Of a stretch of DNA of 64,000 bases, positions 1 to 11,849 are shown piece by piece. The translations under genes and the position numbers were made by a program. Within the stretch, counting starts at the first letter, position 1. Each line of letters opens with the position of its first letter. This DNA comes from Pelomyxa schiedti (lineage: Eukaryota > Protista > Evosea), in NCBI GenBank assembly GCA_020536535.1, contig JAHLWZ010000793.1, positions 62,001 through 126,000 of the forward strand, in the 5' to 3' direction. The notes under the pieces are model-generated. The model did not search any database. It worked only from the letters and a program-made list of their open reading frames with translations, and was not told the DNA's origin.

Positions 1-624
1 GAGCCTGATATCCGCGACAGAGATCGAGATCGAGATAGGGAGAGGGATAGAGATAGGGATCGAGAGAGAGATCGAGATAGGGACAGGGACAGAGATAGAG
101 AGCGCGAACGAGATAGAGAAAGGGAGAGGGAGAGACAGAGGGATCATGACAGAGATAGAGATGGAGACCGAGACAGGGATAGAGATCGGGACAGGGATAG
201 GGGCAGAGACCGAGACAGGGATAGAGACCGTGATCAAGACAGTAGGGATCACACTGACCATGAATCAGATAGAGAGCACAGCCGTGATAGGGATAGGGAT
301 AGGAATAGGGAGAGGGAGAGCCCAGAGAGGGACAACAGGGAGCTAAATGACGGGTATGACTCTGGGAGGGCAGAAAGCGATGCCGAGCGGGATAAGGAGA
401 AGTCAAGAGATGGAGAGAGCGGCAAAGTTCCAGACAAAGGCAGGGATTGGACAAGCCAGTCTGTATCCAAGTCAGCACCAGTTTCCGTAGGTCTGCTGCC
501 AACGCCGGCGGTCAAAGTTGAGCCCAGAGAGCACACCCTGGTAGAGTATCCAAGTGCCTACGATGAATCAGATTCCCAGAATCACCACAAGGACTCCAAA
601 ACCCGTGAATCCCCAAAGAGGTAA
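1..624 (+). CDS. 3' part of an RD/RE-dipeptide-rich protein (probably nuclear/RNA-processing); truncated by the window start
   Basis: Frame 1 is open from base 1 (EPDIRDRDRDRDRERDRD...KTRESPKR) to TAA at 622-624. An intron 621-666 with a short terminal exon is an alternative. No diagnostic domain is visible. Confidence 0.6.
   Translation, partial: EPDIRDRDRDRDRERDRDRDRERDRDRDRDRDRERERDRERERERQRDHDRDRDGDRDRDRDRDRDRGRDRDRDRDRDQDSRDHTDHESDREHSRDRDRDRNRERESPERDNRELNDGYDSGRAESDAERDKEKSRDGESGKVPDKGRDWTSQSVSKSAPVSVGLLPTPAVKVEPREHTLVEYPSAYDESDSQNHHKDSKTRESPKR
13..330 (+). repeat. Coding hexamer-like repeat (AGAGAT/AGGGAT/CGAGAT) encoding (RD/RE)n
   Basis: Directly visible degenerate 6-bp periodicity. 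Confidence 0.85.
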
Positions 625-721
625 TTTCCACGTTTCCGCATTTTAGTTTCGCTTATGAAAAACTAGCCAAACCCGATTATGACAATGAAGGATAGTTGAT
701 TTTTTAAAGTAACAAAACCAT

Positions 722-1220
722 TTACAATGAAGTGTGATGAATGCTTAATTCATGGTTTATCTGAGAAAGAACGCAACTTCCGCACATTAGTGAAGACAAG
801 CAGTCCCAACAACAATAACCCTATTGAATGTGAGTGTTGTGGTGTATGGAATTCCAAAAACTACCTTGATGTGGAATATTTGCCTTACAGCTTCACGTTG
901 CAACCATATTGGGATAAAGGTAGCAGTCCAACAACACAGAGGCGGAACAGCCATGCCCAAAAAGTAGAGAGCGCTGAATCCACAACAATTCACTGCATAA
1001 CTTAGCCACATGTTAAAAAGGGAAAGTACCAAGGAGGATACCTTGTTGCACTAAACATGCCATCATGAAGAGCTTGGGCGTTCTTTGCATACGCTGCACA
1101 GGGACAGAGACACGTAACCATGGTTTCTACCGGAGAAGATCAGTGAGAATCTAACATAATAGTTCGAAGAGAACTTGGACACCCAAGCACAAGTCTCTGG
1201 TCCCAAGATTCCTTCTGCAT
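722..1220 (-). CDS. PLAC8/cornifelin-family cysteine-rich protein (4 exons)
   Basis: Hand-spliced: MQKESWDQRL..TMVTCLCPCAAYAKNAQAL..YAVNCCGF..QREAVRQIFHIK|GYCCWDCLSSLMCGSCVLSQINHEL..*. This matches the PLAC8 motifs CxCPC and R..IR..Y.I.G..C.DC...C..C.L.Q..E. The first intron boundary is uncertain. Confidence 0.85.
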
Positions 1221-1395
1221 GAAGAGATCCAGTCTTTTTTTTTTCCCACTGAAACAAAAGTTGAGGTACCCAAACTAGTCCGTCGGGAGCAGGGAAGTGG
1301 TGCCAGCTGTCACCACACAGTGTCACTCAAAATAATTACAAACTGAGATCCGAAAATAGAACCCTCTTTCTTTACTTTGATTTGTTTCAAAAAAA

Positions 1396-1888
1396 ATGGA
1401 CCAGCAACAGCAGCTTCGGCCTCCGCAGATCGTCAACACCGGTGGTGGGAGGATGATGCCGTCGGGGAGAGGCGGTGGTGGCGGAGTTTCGGCGTCCGAC
1501 GCTATCAACGTGTTGCTGAGCAACGTACTGGCGAAGCAACAACCGGGCGTCGCGGCGCCGTCGGTGATGGGCGGCCTGCCGATGCAAATGCAGATGCAGG
1601 GGATGTATCCGGCGCAGTTCGGCGGGCCGTTCGGGATGCCCATAATGGCGATGCCGCAGCAACAGCCCCCCGCGATGCTACCCCCGCGGCAGCCGGCGTC
1701 TTATCCAAGTTTCACTTCTCCGCAGTCGACCCCGTCCCTGGCGCCCCCAGCGCCGACGCCTTCGCCGCCGCCGACGGGGCCGCCGTCGCGCGCTCACTAC
1801 TCTTCGGCTGCCAAACCACACACCCCGAATCCTCCCCCTGTGCAATACTCACATGTAGCGATGCCCATGCAGTATGTTTTTAGGCTTC

Positions 1889-1929
<41 letters not shown>

Positions 1930-4900
1930 CCTACTCAACACGGCATTAAGGTCTATGTTTCCACCTGGAGGACCGTTGATGAACCCCCCTTTTGAGGTAC
2001 GGCAATCAGTTATCGTTCCAGGCTCACTCATCTTTTGTGAAGGTGTTGCCGTCAAATCCTTGCTTCACAGGTGGACAACCAGTTCTCGGTAATATGTCCC
2101 AGAGTAGCACTCCCACATCTCTTGTCCCCTTATCACCATCCCCACTATTCCCACCAACCCGTCTTAGTAATCATCAACTTGCGGGAATGCTCATGGGTGT
2201 CTCCTTCAACTCTCCTGGAGGGGCTCTTGGTCATTTGTCAGGATTGCCTGGACCAATGCCCCACGCAAATCAGCTGACAGGTCTAGGGTTCAACATGGGA
2301 CAACATCCTATGAGTGGGTTTGGTCCCATGAGTATTGGCGGGCTCCCAGGAATAATGGGGCCACCCTTTCATGTATCCCCAAAAGAAATGGGCCCTCCCC
2401 CTCAGCCAATCTCTGTATCGTCACAAGGGTTTCCCCACACTCCACTTTCACAAAACACACCAAAAACCACACAGACACCAAGATTTACTCCTCCAACTCA
2501 GACGCCTCTCATACTTACTGCACCAACCGCCGCACCAAATCCTACCTTTGATGATAATTCCTCTATTACTCAGCAAAAGCACATGCCAACACACAACCAA
2601 GCTGCACTTCCAAGGACCTCCACCATCACCATCACAGAGAAGCCAGAAGTACCCCCAACACCCATAACAAGCTCCTCCAGCACCATAGCACCAACAACAA
2701 GATTTTATATACCAGCTTCTGCTGGCCGAGGTTCGATCAAAATAGCAACACAACTTGGTGTTGCCCCTCGGCCGTCACCACCCCAGGCACCCCCACCTTC
2801 CCCATCTCTTCCTCCCCCTCCACCTTCCCAACCACCACCTCCACTTCCACCACCTCCCCCACCACCACCTTCAACTCCACCAGCTCTGCCAGATAGAGTC
2901 ACCAGTGACAAGTAAGTAGTAATACATAAGTTTCCCATAAATTAACCACATGTTCGGTGACTCAGGAAATTGGACAACACTACAACTAAGGTTCGATTTT
3001 AATGACCACCAAGTTCTCTAACCTTCACAACAGCAAAAGAAAGATTCAAGTAACAGTTTCGCGACACAAATAGGTGATTCATCCGTCAAATCTAGACCAT
3101 CCGACCAACTACATGGAAGAGCAAGCTCCCCTGTAAAGAAAACTTCGGGTGCAACTCAGCAGTCAGACTCTACCTCAAAATTGAAGGATACAACAAAACC
3201 AAAGTCTCCAATGAGGCCAAGGTCAGCCTCCAAATCTTTATCAAGATCGAGATCGAGATCGAGGTCGAGGTCAAGGTCGAGGTTAAGGCCAAAACCCAGG
3301 AGGTTTACATCAAGGTCAAAGTCAAGATCAAGATCGCGGTCAAGGACAAGACCAAGACCCAGATCAAGGTCAAGATCCAGGTCAAGGTCAAGGTCGAAGT
3401 CAAAGTCACGTTTGAGATTGAGGTCAAGAACCAGATCTCGGTCTAGAGCCAGAGTGAAAGCAAGAAGATCAAGATCAATATCCCGAACACACTCAAGATC
3501 TAAGTCATTCTCTCTATCACCACGAGCACCAGCCAGGTCAAGATCAAAATCCAAGACAAGAAATACTGAAGCCCGGGTTAAGTCACATTCAAGGGAAAGA
3601 GTGGACCAAGAAAAACCCTCTTCAGTTACTACTTCGAAACCTCTTACCACTACCAAATTACCCTTGAAGAATCCTGAACAATCATCCAAGCTCACCGAAA
3701 TAAAGAAACTTCCTGGAACGGAAGCAAAACCAGCTCAGCCTCAAAAAGAGATGTCTGCACAGCCCTCTGCAACCAAACATTCCGTTAAAGAACCTGCAGT
3801 AACTCTGAAGGAGGCTGAAAAAACAACAAGCCGGAGTGACAAAATGAAGGATGAAGGAAGAAAAAGCAGGAGCAAAAGTAGAAAGGGGAGCAGAAGCAGG
3901 AGCAGAGTTAGGACCAAGAGCAGGAGTAAGAGCAGAAGCAGAAGCAATAGCCCGGCCAAAGACAGCGCAAGCAGAAGTCCGAACTGGAGGTCCATCAAAT
4001 CCAAACTAAAACACACAAATGAGACTTCAAACAGAAGCAGAAGTAGAAGCCGAGGAAAAGCCAAGGACTGGGAAGAAGAGAGACGCCAACGCGACCTCCT
4101 TATGCGAGAGAGGCTTTTCAGAGAGAGAGCCATACGAGAGACAATAATTATGGAAAGGGAAAGAGCCCTGAGGGAGAGGATTATGCAAGAAAGGATTGCA
4201 CGAGAGAGAATGTGGGAATGGGAAAGAGAAATTGAGAGAGAGAAAGAACTTGCCAGAGAGAAAGCAAGAGAGGCTTATATATATGAGAGGGAACGCAACA
4301 GAGGCAGAGAAAAGAGCACCAGTCGAGGAAGAGAAAACACAAGAGAAAATTTGAGACATTTTGCCAAATCGCAAGAAGATGCTGGTAATACAAAACCGCC
4401 AGAGAGGCACCCAGCGGATGATGTATTTAGAGAGAGAAAGCGTGAAGAAAGAGAGGAGACCAAGAAGGAGAGTGGTGGGGTCACTAAGGTAATCACATCT
4501 AGTGAAGTTGCTTCCCGGGAAGATGATCACAAAGTGAGTGATCAACGAGACACTGAGAGTCTTGGACCTACTTTCATAGATTCAAAGCCTTGGGGGAGGT
4601 CTCGGGGAAGCACCAATCCAGAAGAAGGAAAGTATCAAGAAGATGATGAACAAAAGACCAAGGAATATACTGACAATAAAGATGTCAAATCTACAACACC
4701 AGAAGATGACCGAATGTCTGGTCGCAAGAGAAACATCCACAGAACGAGAAGTAACTCCCCAGAAATTCGAAGTTTTCATGAAGATAGAGAAATTACAAGG
4801 TTGTCCTTCTTAAAGAAACTATTTTATAACATATTGTCGAAGGCGCTATAACGACACAGTATCACCACCAACCCCAAAGAGAGCAAGGAGGTAATTTAGC

Positions 4901-7178
4901 AATCTTGTGGTCACATATTCATTGTTGTAAGGTCTCCCTCACCTTCAGCTCGTTCTATTGTTCAACGTTCTGATGTGCAGCCTCTGAGTGTAAGTCCAAC
5001 ACAGCTTGCAAAGAAATCCATAAAACCTACCGGTAAGCTCGGCAAATTTTTACATTCTCTAATTTCCTTGCAGAAACTCTCTATGAACCACAAAGGTTCC
5101 TTTTTTCTTATTCAAGATATTTCTTAAAATTCTCCAGCCAAAATGCACAGAAAATGCAGGACTCCCTTGAGGTGTTGTATCTCTCCTTTGTTGAGTCACA
5201 TAACAGGCTTAGCATCGCTGCTATGCCCATGGAACAACTTCATTCCTTTAAGGTACTTTTTTCATTGCTATGGTAGGAATACACTTAAAATTGGTAGTCC
5301 TTTTTCTACAATCACAAAGATGAAGAGTGGTTTAAAGAAAAATATGACCCGTCTTTTTTATCCCTCAGATTGAAGCAAAGAAATGGTATTCCCACAGATT
5401 ATTCCCCGTTTTTCCGTATGTCCATTCTTTCGTAGATACTGCCAGACTTGCGATAGACACCTTTATGACTAATATTGATACAAAAACCGTGCCCTTATCC
5501 AGCAGTAATTATGACACAAACGAACAGGATCCTTCTCTCAAGTATTCGGCTTTTTTACGTTGGTTTTCATCTAATTACTGTCATAGCTGTTCAATTCCAC
5601 ATGTTGTCTCCTATGGCATTCTCATAGACGGAATTTCGACATCTTGCAACTCCGTGGCATTTCAACAACTGCTTAACAGCATAGGAGATAATCAAGACCG
5701 TTCCTTAAATCTCACAACTCCAGTCCTGGAAGACCCTAGGACTGTTCAAGGAGCCCGAGTTGGTGGAGTTACAGGAGTCCTTATGAACGAGCCCGACAAA
5801 TATAGAAAGTTTATGCGCAGTGCAATTGTTTCATTTGATTCGGAAGCAAGTGCTAACGCTGCTCAGACAATATTGGATGGCAAAATGGTTAGTAATCTCT
5901 TCGTTAAAAGATGCTATAACAAATCACTAGCTTTGTGGAGTCAACATACATGCAAATTTAGTTGTAACCAATACATCGTCGATGCGAGTAAAACAAGCCC
6001 CCCAATCTGCGGGGGAAGAACGAATTAGTCGTGACCTCGATTTGTGCACACAGCTCCACAACGTTCTCAACGAACAAGTTGGACTTTCCGATAGCCCTCT
6101 GCTTAGCCATCCTCGCTGGGAGAGTTGGACAGTGCGTTTCCTTTTATTATTAAATTCTCATTTTGCCAAAATAGGAAGAAGAAAAACTAGACAAACTCAT
6201 TCTTTATCTCCGCAACGTCCACAATTACTGCTATTACTGCGCAGAAGAGTTTTCCGATATGGTACAGATGTTACGCAAATGTGGCCCGTTGCATCTAAGA
6301 GCATCCCCTCGGAGTACGGATACAGAGATCTCTTCAATGGAACTCAACTGTATGCTGGTGTTATTCCATACTATTCTCACTTTTGGACGAAGGGGCCAAG
6401 GCGCTTGATATGAGGAATGAAAAGTACATTCAACTCAACCACAAATTCTTTACCGGGAAAAGTCTTATTGATCAGTAACAAACCCCACTTCCCACTAGAT
6501 CTCTGACAATGTGCAGATATGTTGAAAATCTGATGGAAGACGTGATAAAAAACCTGGATGCAACCAGGGGACAATGCAAAATTTGTGAAAAGGTGTTCAA
6601 GACAGTTCAGTATGCCCGAAATCATGTAACGTTGCGGCATGCCGAAACAGTTGCCTCAACAACAAACAAGGTTTCCTTTGATTCCTTTTTTTTCCCCCTT
6701 TAACCAAATGAAAGGCTCTGGACGATCAGTACTTCCTTAACTACATGAGTGATCCTCAAAGACCTTTCATTCCAAGTCCGCATACTCAACCCCCCTCAAG
6801 CCACGCAGAGAGACACCGCACCTCATCCTCCCACTCAGTGGCCCACCAAAAATCATTTTCACCTCCACCAGCCCACCACTATCAACACTTTTCACAGGCA
6901 CACCAGAATTACACCGATCCTTGGGCTGATCCATTCTATAGGGTAAAACTCTCCCCAAGCGTTTCTTTTCTGAACCTCCACAGGTAGGACCCTACTATGG
7001 ATACCCCACATCAAGTGCGACTGGTAACCAAAACGAAACCCACGAACCCTTATCACCCTCTCATCTCATTACAGGTACCCAACAACAAAAACCTGGTGCT
7101 GCTCCCGGCATGTACTCAGATCAAACCAGCACCGATAACACACTTGTTGATTATGCTGATATCCAAGACCAGTCCTAG
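1396..7178 (+). CDS. SRRT: ARS2/SERRATE (SRRT) homolog with a very long Pro-rich, RS-rich and RE-rich N-terminus (multi-exon)
   Basis: Motifs FFYNHKDEEWFKEKYDP, KLDKLILYLRNVHNYCYYC, zinc finger CKICEKVFKTVQYARNHVTLRH, YFLNYMSDPQRP and C-terminal LVDYADIQD. Phase-compatible GT-AG introns link ORFs 1396, 1992, 3181 and 5465. Confidence 0.85.
1891..1929 (+). repeat. Poly-T tract (39 nt) in the first intron of SRRT
   Basis: Directly visible. Confidence 0.9.
3240..3555 (+). repeat. Coding RS-dipeptide repeat (AGATCA/AGGTCA-type hexamers)
   Basis: (SR)n in ORF 3181..4851. Confidence 0.85.
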
Positions 7179-7264
7179 AACAACCCAACAAAAAAAGAAA
7201 AAAAATCGACTACTTATTTGTTCTGTTCTAAGTTACTTGTTACTATCTAGTGTTTTTACACGTT

Positions 7265-9607
7265 CTACTGTTCACCAGACAAGGAAGAACTGGAATATGA
7301 AGAGTAGTAGGAAGAAACAGAATAGGAGGAGGAGTGGGAAAATGAAGAAGACAGAGAAGACGAGATTGAAGAAGACAGCGACGTAGACGAAGATGGGTAG
7401 GATGGACGCCAAATGGCCCGGGGGAAATACTTGAGGGGGCCGAAAACGTAGATGAAAGAGAACATGCAAAGTGCGGCAATGACAATGCCGGCCACGCTCA
7501 GATGAGTGGCATAACGCCGGTGTGTAGTGACACTGAATAGCACAACCGCAGCAATGCTGAGAGCAGTTACACCGACGTAGCCAATCACGAGGGCGGCCTT
7601 GGCGAGTCTATCACCTTGCATTGGATGTAGGGCCAGTTAGTAACTGTCAAAATCCCCGGGGAAGGAAGGAGAAAAGGAAGAAGAAAAGCAAACTGGCATC
7701 TTGAGGGTTCTGGAAGTCGGCATCAAGGGAGTTGAAGTGAGCACTGTACTGCGAGAAGAACACGAACTCATTGATTACTACCCCAGCACAAACTGCAAGC
7801 CACCCAACTTGAAAGAAGAGTTTGGTGGTTCTAGGCAGCGGGGTTGATAGGTTAATCTTTGTTGTAAGTTACCGAAGTGATGGGAGAAGGAACTAGAAAG
7901 TATCTACCTTTGGTAACGGTATCATAAAAGTCTGATTCTGAAGGTACTCCAGCTCCGTGACGAGTTGGAAGCAGGTATAACAATTGCAAATAAGGAAAAG
8001 TGCTTCTGTAACAGCCGGGACATAGTATACTAAAACGTGCCAGTCGCTAAGGTTACCACTGAATACTACCATGCCAAGGAAGGCCGCGTTCACACTTACA
8101 CATCCAAATATGGAAAAAACCAGCAGGATGGCTGAAAGTGAGTATTAGTTGGGGAAATTGTGCTTAGGAAAGGCTAACTTGGAAGGCGCATGTACTGCGG
8201 AATTTGTAATCTGTGAAACAATACAATCTCTTGATCTAATAAAAAAGGGTACTTGCACCAGAAATAGTACAAGTAGGCACCAAACAAGCTAGCCGGAATA
8301 GAACAAACCGCAAAGAACCAGTATATCAGAGACAGGAACTATATGCAAGTTAAGTGTAGATAGGAGAAGTGTATACGCACCGAAAGGAAACAACTTAGTG
8401 CCCCGAAGAACGTGAAAACCCGGATATAGTGAAGGCACACATCAGGAAAACAGAGGTATCTGACTTTCGGTGCCATTGCAAACCCGCTATGGTAAAGTAC
8501 TTTCAGACATGGTTAAGTAAAACAGCATCTTACAAAAAAATAATTGTATTTACATAAGGAAACGGGGAAAATGTGGGAAGCAGACCTTCCAAGAAACTTA
8601 TCCAACGAGCACCTCCTTGGAGCAGAAAAACGGACGTTTGGTTTCTGTGAAGCAATGAGATAGCACCCCAATGCAAACGCCATCCTGCCGATTCCGCCGC
8701 CCTTCACACCGCCCGAGCCCATTCCCCTCCCTCCTCCTACTCCCACTCCCACCCGCTCCACCACCTGGGCCACAGCCCTGACCACTTCCTCAGGCTCCCC
8801 GTACTTGACCCACGCGGCCCACGCCACTTCCATAGGAATCACATCGTTCCCCCCAGTAGCGGCAGTAGCATTGGAATCATATGCATCATAGGGGTCAGTG
8901 TCATATCCGCATTTCGGCAGCACATCGAATATGGCGTTGCACGACGTCATAAATTCATCCGGCACCACGGTCGGTACTTTAGGTCTCTCCCCGGCAATCC
9001 CAGAACTGACGGCGCTTTTTCCAGCCGCCGGTTTGTCACTCACAACAGCGGCTTTGCTGCCCGCATCGCCTTGAGCGCCACCATCACCCTCGCTCTCTTT
9101 TTCCGCAGCGCCTTCTTCTGTTGCTCCTCCTCCTCCTTCTTCTTCCGCCACCTCCTCCTGTTGCTCAGTGGCCTCCTCAGATCCGGCGTAGAACAAGTCC
9201 TCGGCGTTGTCTGGCGCCTCGGCGTCCTCGCTGCCGTCATGACCCCCTTCCCCTCCGTTCTCAATCTCTCCCTCATCCTCGGCCTCATCCTCTACCTCTT
9301 TGTCATCATCTTCATCACCGTTGTCGGCGTCCTCATCGTCTCCCGCTTCCCAATCAATGGCCGTGAGTGTCGGTCGCTTTGCAATACGAGACACATTTCT
9401 GGTGCGTTTGTTAGCGCCACTAACTTGAGGCTTTTGGTTGTTTTTGGACTTGGTCCCCGGCTTGGTGGTTGGGGCGGCGGCTTTTGCTGCCATCTCAAGT
9501 AGGACGCGGGTGTCGTGGTGAATTATGGGAGCGAGTGGTACGCTCTCTCCGTCCTGGGCGTCCCCCCAATCGTCGTCCTCATCACTCCCGACCATTGAGT
9601 ACGACAT
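7265..9607 (-). CDS. Hypothetical multi-pass membrane protein with acidic N-terminus, possible degenerate EH-like domain and Ser-rich tail
   Basis: ORF 8513..9607 (CNAIFDVL...PEEVVRAVAQVV...IGRMAFALGCYLI) splices to several hydrophobic exons and the terminal ORF 7265..7621. Confidence 0.6.
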
Positions 9608-9688
9608 CCAGGAATTGTTTTAAAATTATGTGGCTTTGGGAGAGATTCGTTGATTGCGTTTGGTTCGCTGAATTGCTTCTATTTGACA

Positions 9689-11179
9689 TCAAGATGAGTT
9701 TTGTTGCTCTTGTGTTGTTGTGGTTGTTGTGGAGGTTGTGGTTGGTGTTGGTGTTGGTGTTGGTGTTGGTGCATTGGTTCGTATGAAGCTTCTGGGAACA
9801 AATCCGGACTGGCCAGTGTGTGTGGACTCACATGTTACCCAATCAGCATTGTTGGGGATGGGCTGTGGGTCAATCACTCTCAGGAGCTCACCAGTCACTA
9901 GTGTAAGTTGTTTGGGGGATTGCGGTTGAAGGCCGTGAAGTACTTCCACCACTTGCCCAGGTTCAAGCCTCGCCGCGGTCCGGTTGCTGCCATGTGATTG
10001 TGTGTGAAGTAGCTTTTTCAGCATTCGCACCGCCAGAGGTAGGCACATTACAAGGGCCACGCCAAAGGTTGCACGTGATAATACATCGAGAAGTGGGTTA
10101 CGTGTGGGCACGTTGTTCTGTGATTGCGATGCATCTGTGGTTTGTTCTTTTTGTCCAGACCAGGAGTCTTCAAGGGTTTTGGGGTTATCTGTCCGTGGAG
10201 CGGAGCCAATCAAAATCCACTTGCTAAAATTGAGAAATTCAGATAGCATAGTCCTCACAATCCTAACAATTTCATGTGTGAGATATTTTAAATGAAAAAC
10301 GAGTTTCCCGTACATACTTGAATATAGTCAAGCCCTGGATTATTGCTATGACCGGCTCCAATACTTCATAAAATCCGAGAAACGATGTAAATGACCCGTT
10401 CATGGCTTCAAAGTTTGCACTTAGTAGGTATGAAAATCTGGATGAGGTTTAAGTGAATGCTTAATATGAGGACCAGCTAACCTAGATATGGTGTCCATGA
10501 GGTATTGCATCCACCCTAAACTCCTTTCCAATGGTTGCCATCCCCCAACATTTGCCATAGCTTGGTCCCCTACACCACCCAGTCCCAGGCCACCCCCGTA
10601 TGCAGACATTCCTCCGTACCTGAAATGAAGGATCACTATAAAATGCGCAATGCGGGCACAAACATAGAAGGGCGAAACGGGCTGCTATAACTAGCTCCAA
10701 AAGGTGATGACCCGAAACGGCTTCCTCCCCAAACTCCCCTGTTCGTCAATCCTGCACATAGACGTGGTGAGCAATTTGTCAATGTGCGTAACGATATCAC
10801 AGATAAAGTTACATACAAGAATTCTATAAAAACAGCACCAGCAAGCAATTTAATTTCATTGCACTACAATATAATTATCAAAAGGGGATTGTGGCCACAC
10901 ACCACCAGGCCGGAACCCAAACGGAGAAGCACCAAAGGCCCCCGGCATCGTCGGAGTCAGCGACGACGCGGAGCCCAGAGACATCGCCGACTGCGGCGCC
11001 AAAAGCGACGCACCGGCCGACGGCGCCAGCATCGACGACAGCGGCGACGGCGCGGCGGCAGAGAGGCCCCCAACGACGCCCGGCACCGCGTTTGGGACCG
11101 CCGATCTCTCCCACGGCTTGAGAGGCGACCCCGACGACGGCAACGCTGCACCGCGCCCCAACGCCATCTGTTGCGACAT
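9689..11179 (-). CDS. PEX13: Peroxin PEX13 (peroxisomal import channel component)
   Basis: N-terminal LKPWE motif, FG/YG-rich region, amphipathic segment LGWMQYLMDTISRLAG, a TM helix, and a C-terminal SH3 domain (VEVLHGLQPQSPKQLTLVTGELLRVI..WVTCE..GQSGFVPRSFI). Confidence 0.85.
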
Positions 11180-11448
11180 GGTAGATGCACCGCTGCTGTG
11201 TAGCTCTATGATGTTTGGCTGTTTGTTTTTCAAAAAGAGTGAAACTCAACACTGAGTTGACCACAGTATCTCTTTCTCGTTGGAGGAGATCTCCGAGCAC
11301 GGAAGAGAAGGAATCACCGAGGCAAGGGGCGCATGCGCGTGTGAATTTCGTCGCTGGCCCCAGCCTCCATTCCAAGATCCGAACGTCTGATGGGAAACGA
11401 GGAAGGGCAAAAAAACAAACAAACAAAAACCAAACAAAATCAGAAGAA

Positions 11449-11803
11449 ATGACAACGGCCACTACATCAACGGCCACGGCAACAGTTGCCCCGCCGTCTG
11501 CCCATTTTGAGCAACTGTGCAGCACCACTGGCCCGCACACCAAGTTGGACCTGTCCCTCTCCGATTGCCCTGTATGGTTTGGATTGGTTAGTTTTTGTTT
11601 TTTTTCTGACTTTTCAAAGTGCCTTTCTGTTTGTGTATACTCAGACAGGGTATGGTTCCCGGAGAAGGGGGTGGAAAAGGTTTGTCTTAACATTAAACAG
11701 GCTGAACTTACCAGAACACTGACCTTTACTACGGAGAGCGGGTTGAATGACATTGTTGTTACTGGTTAATCACTTTCCGTGTTACAACAGCTAAAATTCA
11801 TCT

Positions 11804-11849
<46 letters not shown>

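Noticed and set aside
1100-1160. In-frame TGA upstream of the PLAC8 CxCPC motif as a possible selenocysteine
   Set aside because: It is removed by a plausible 48-nt GT-AG intron, and no SECIS was seen.
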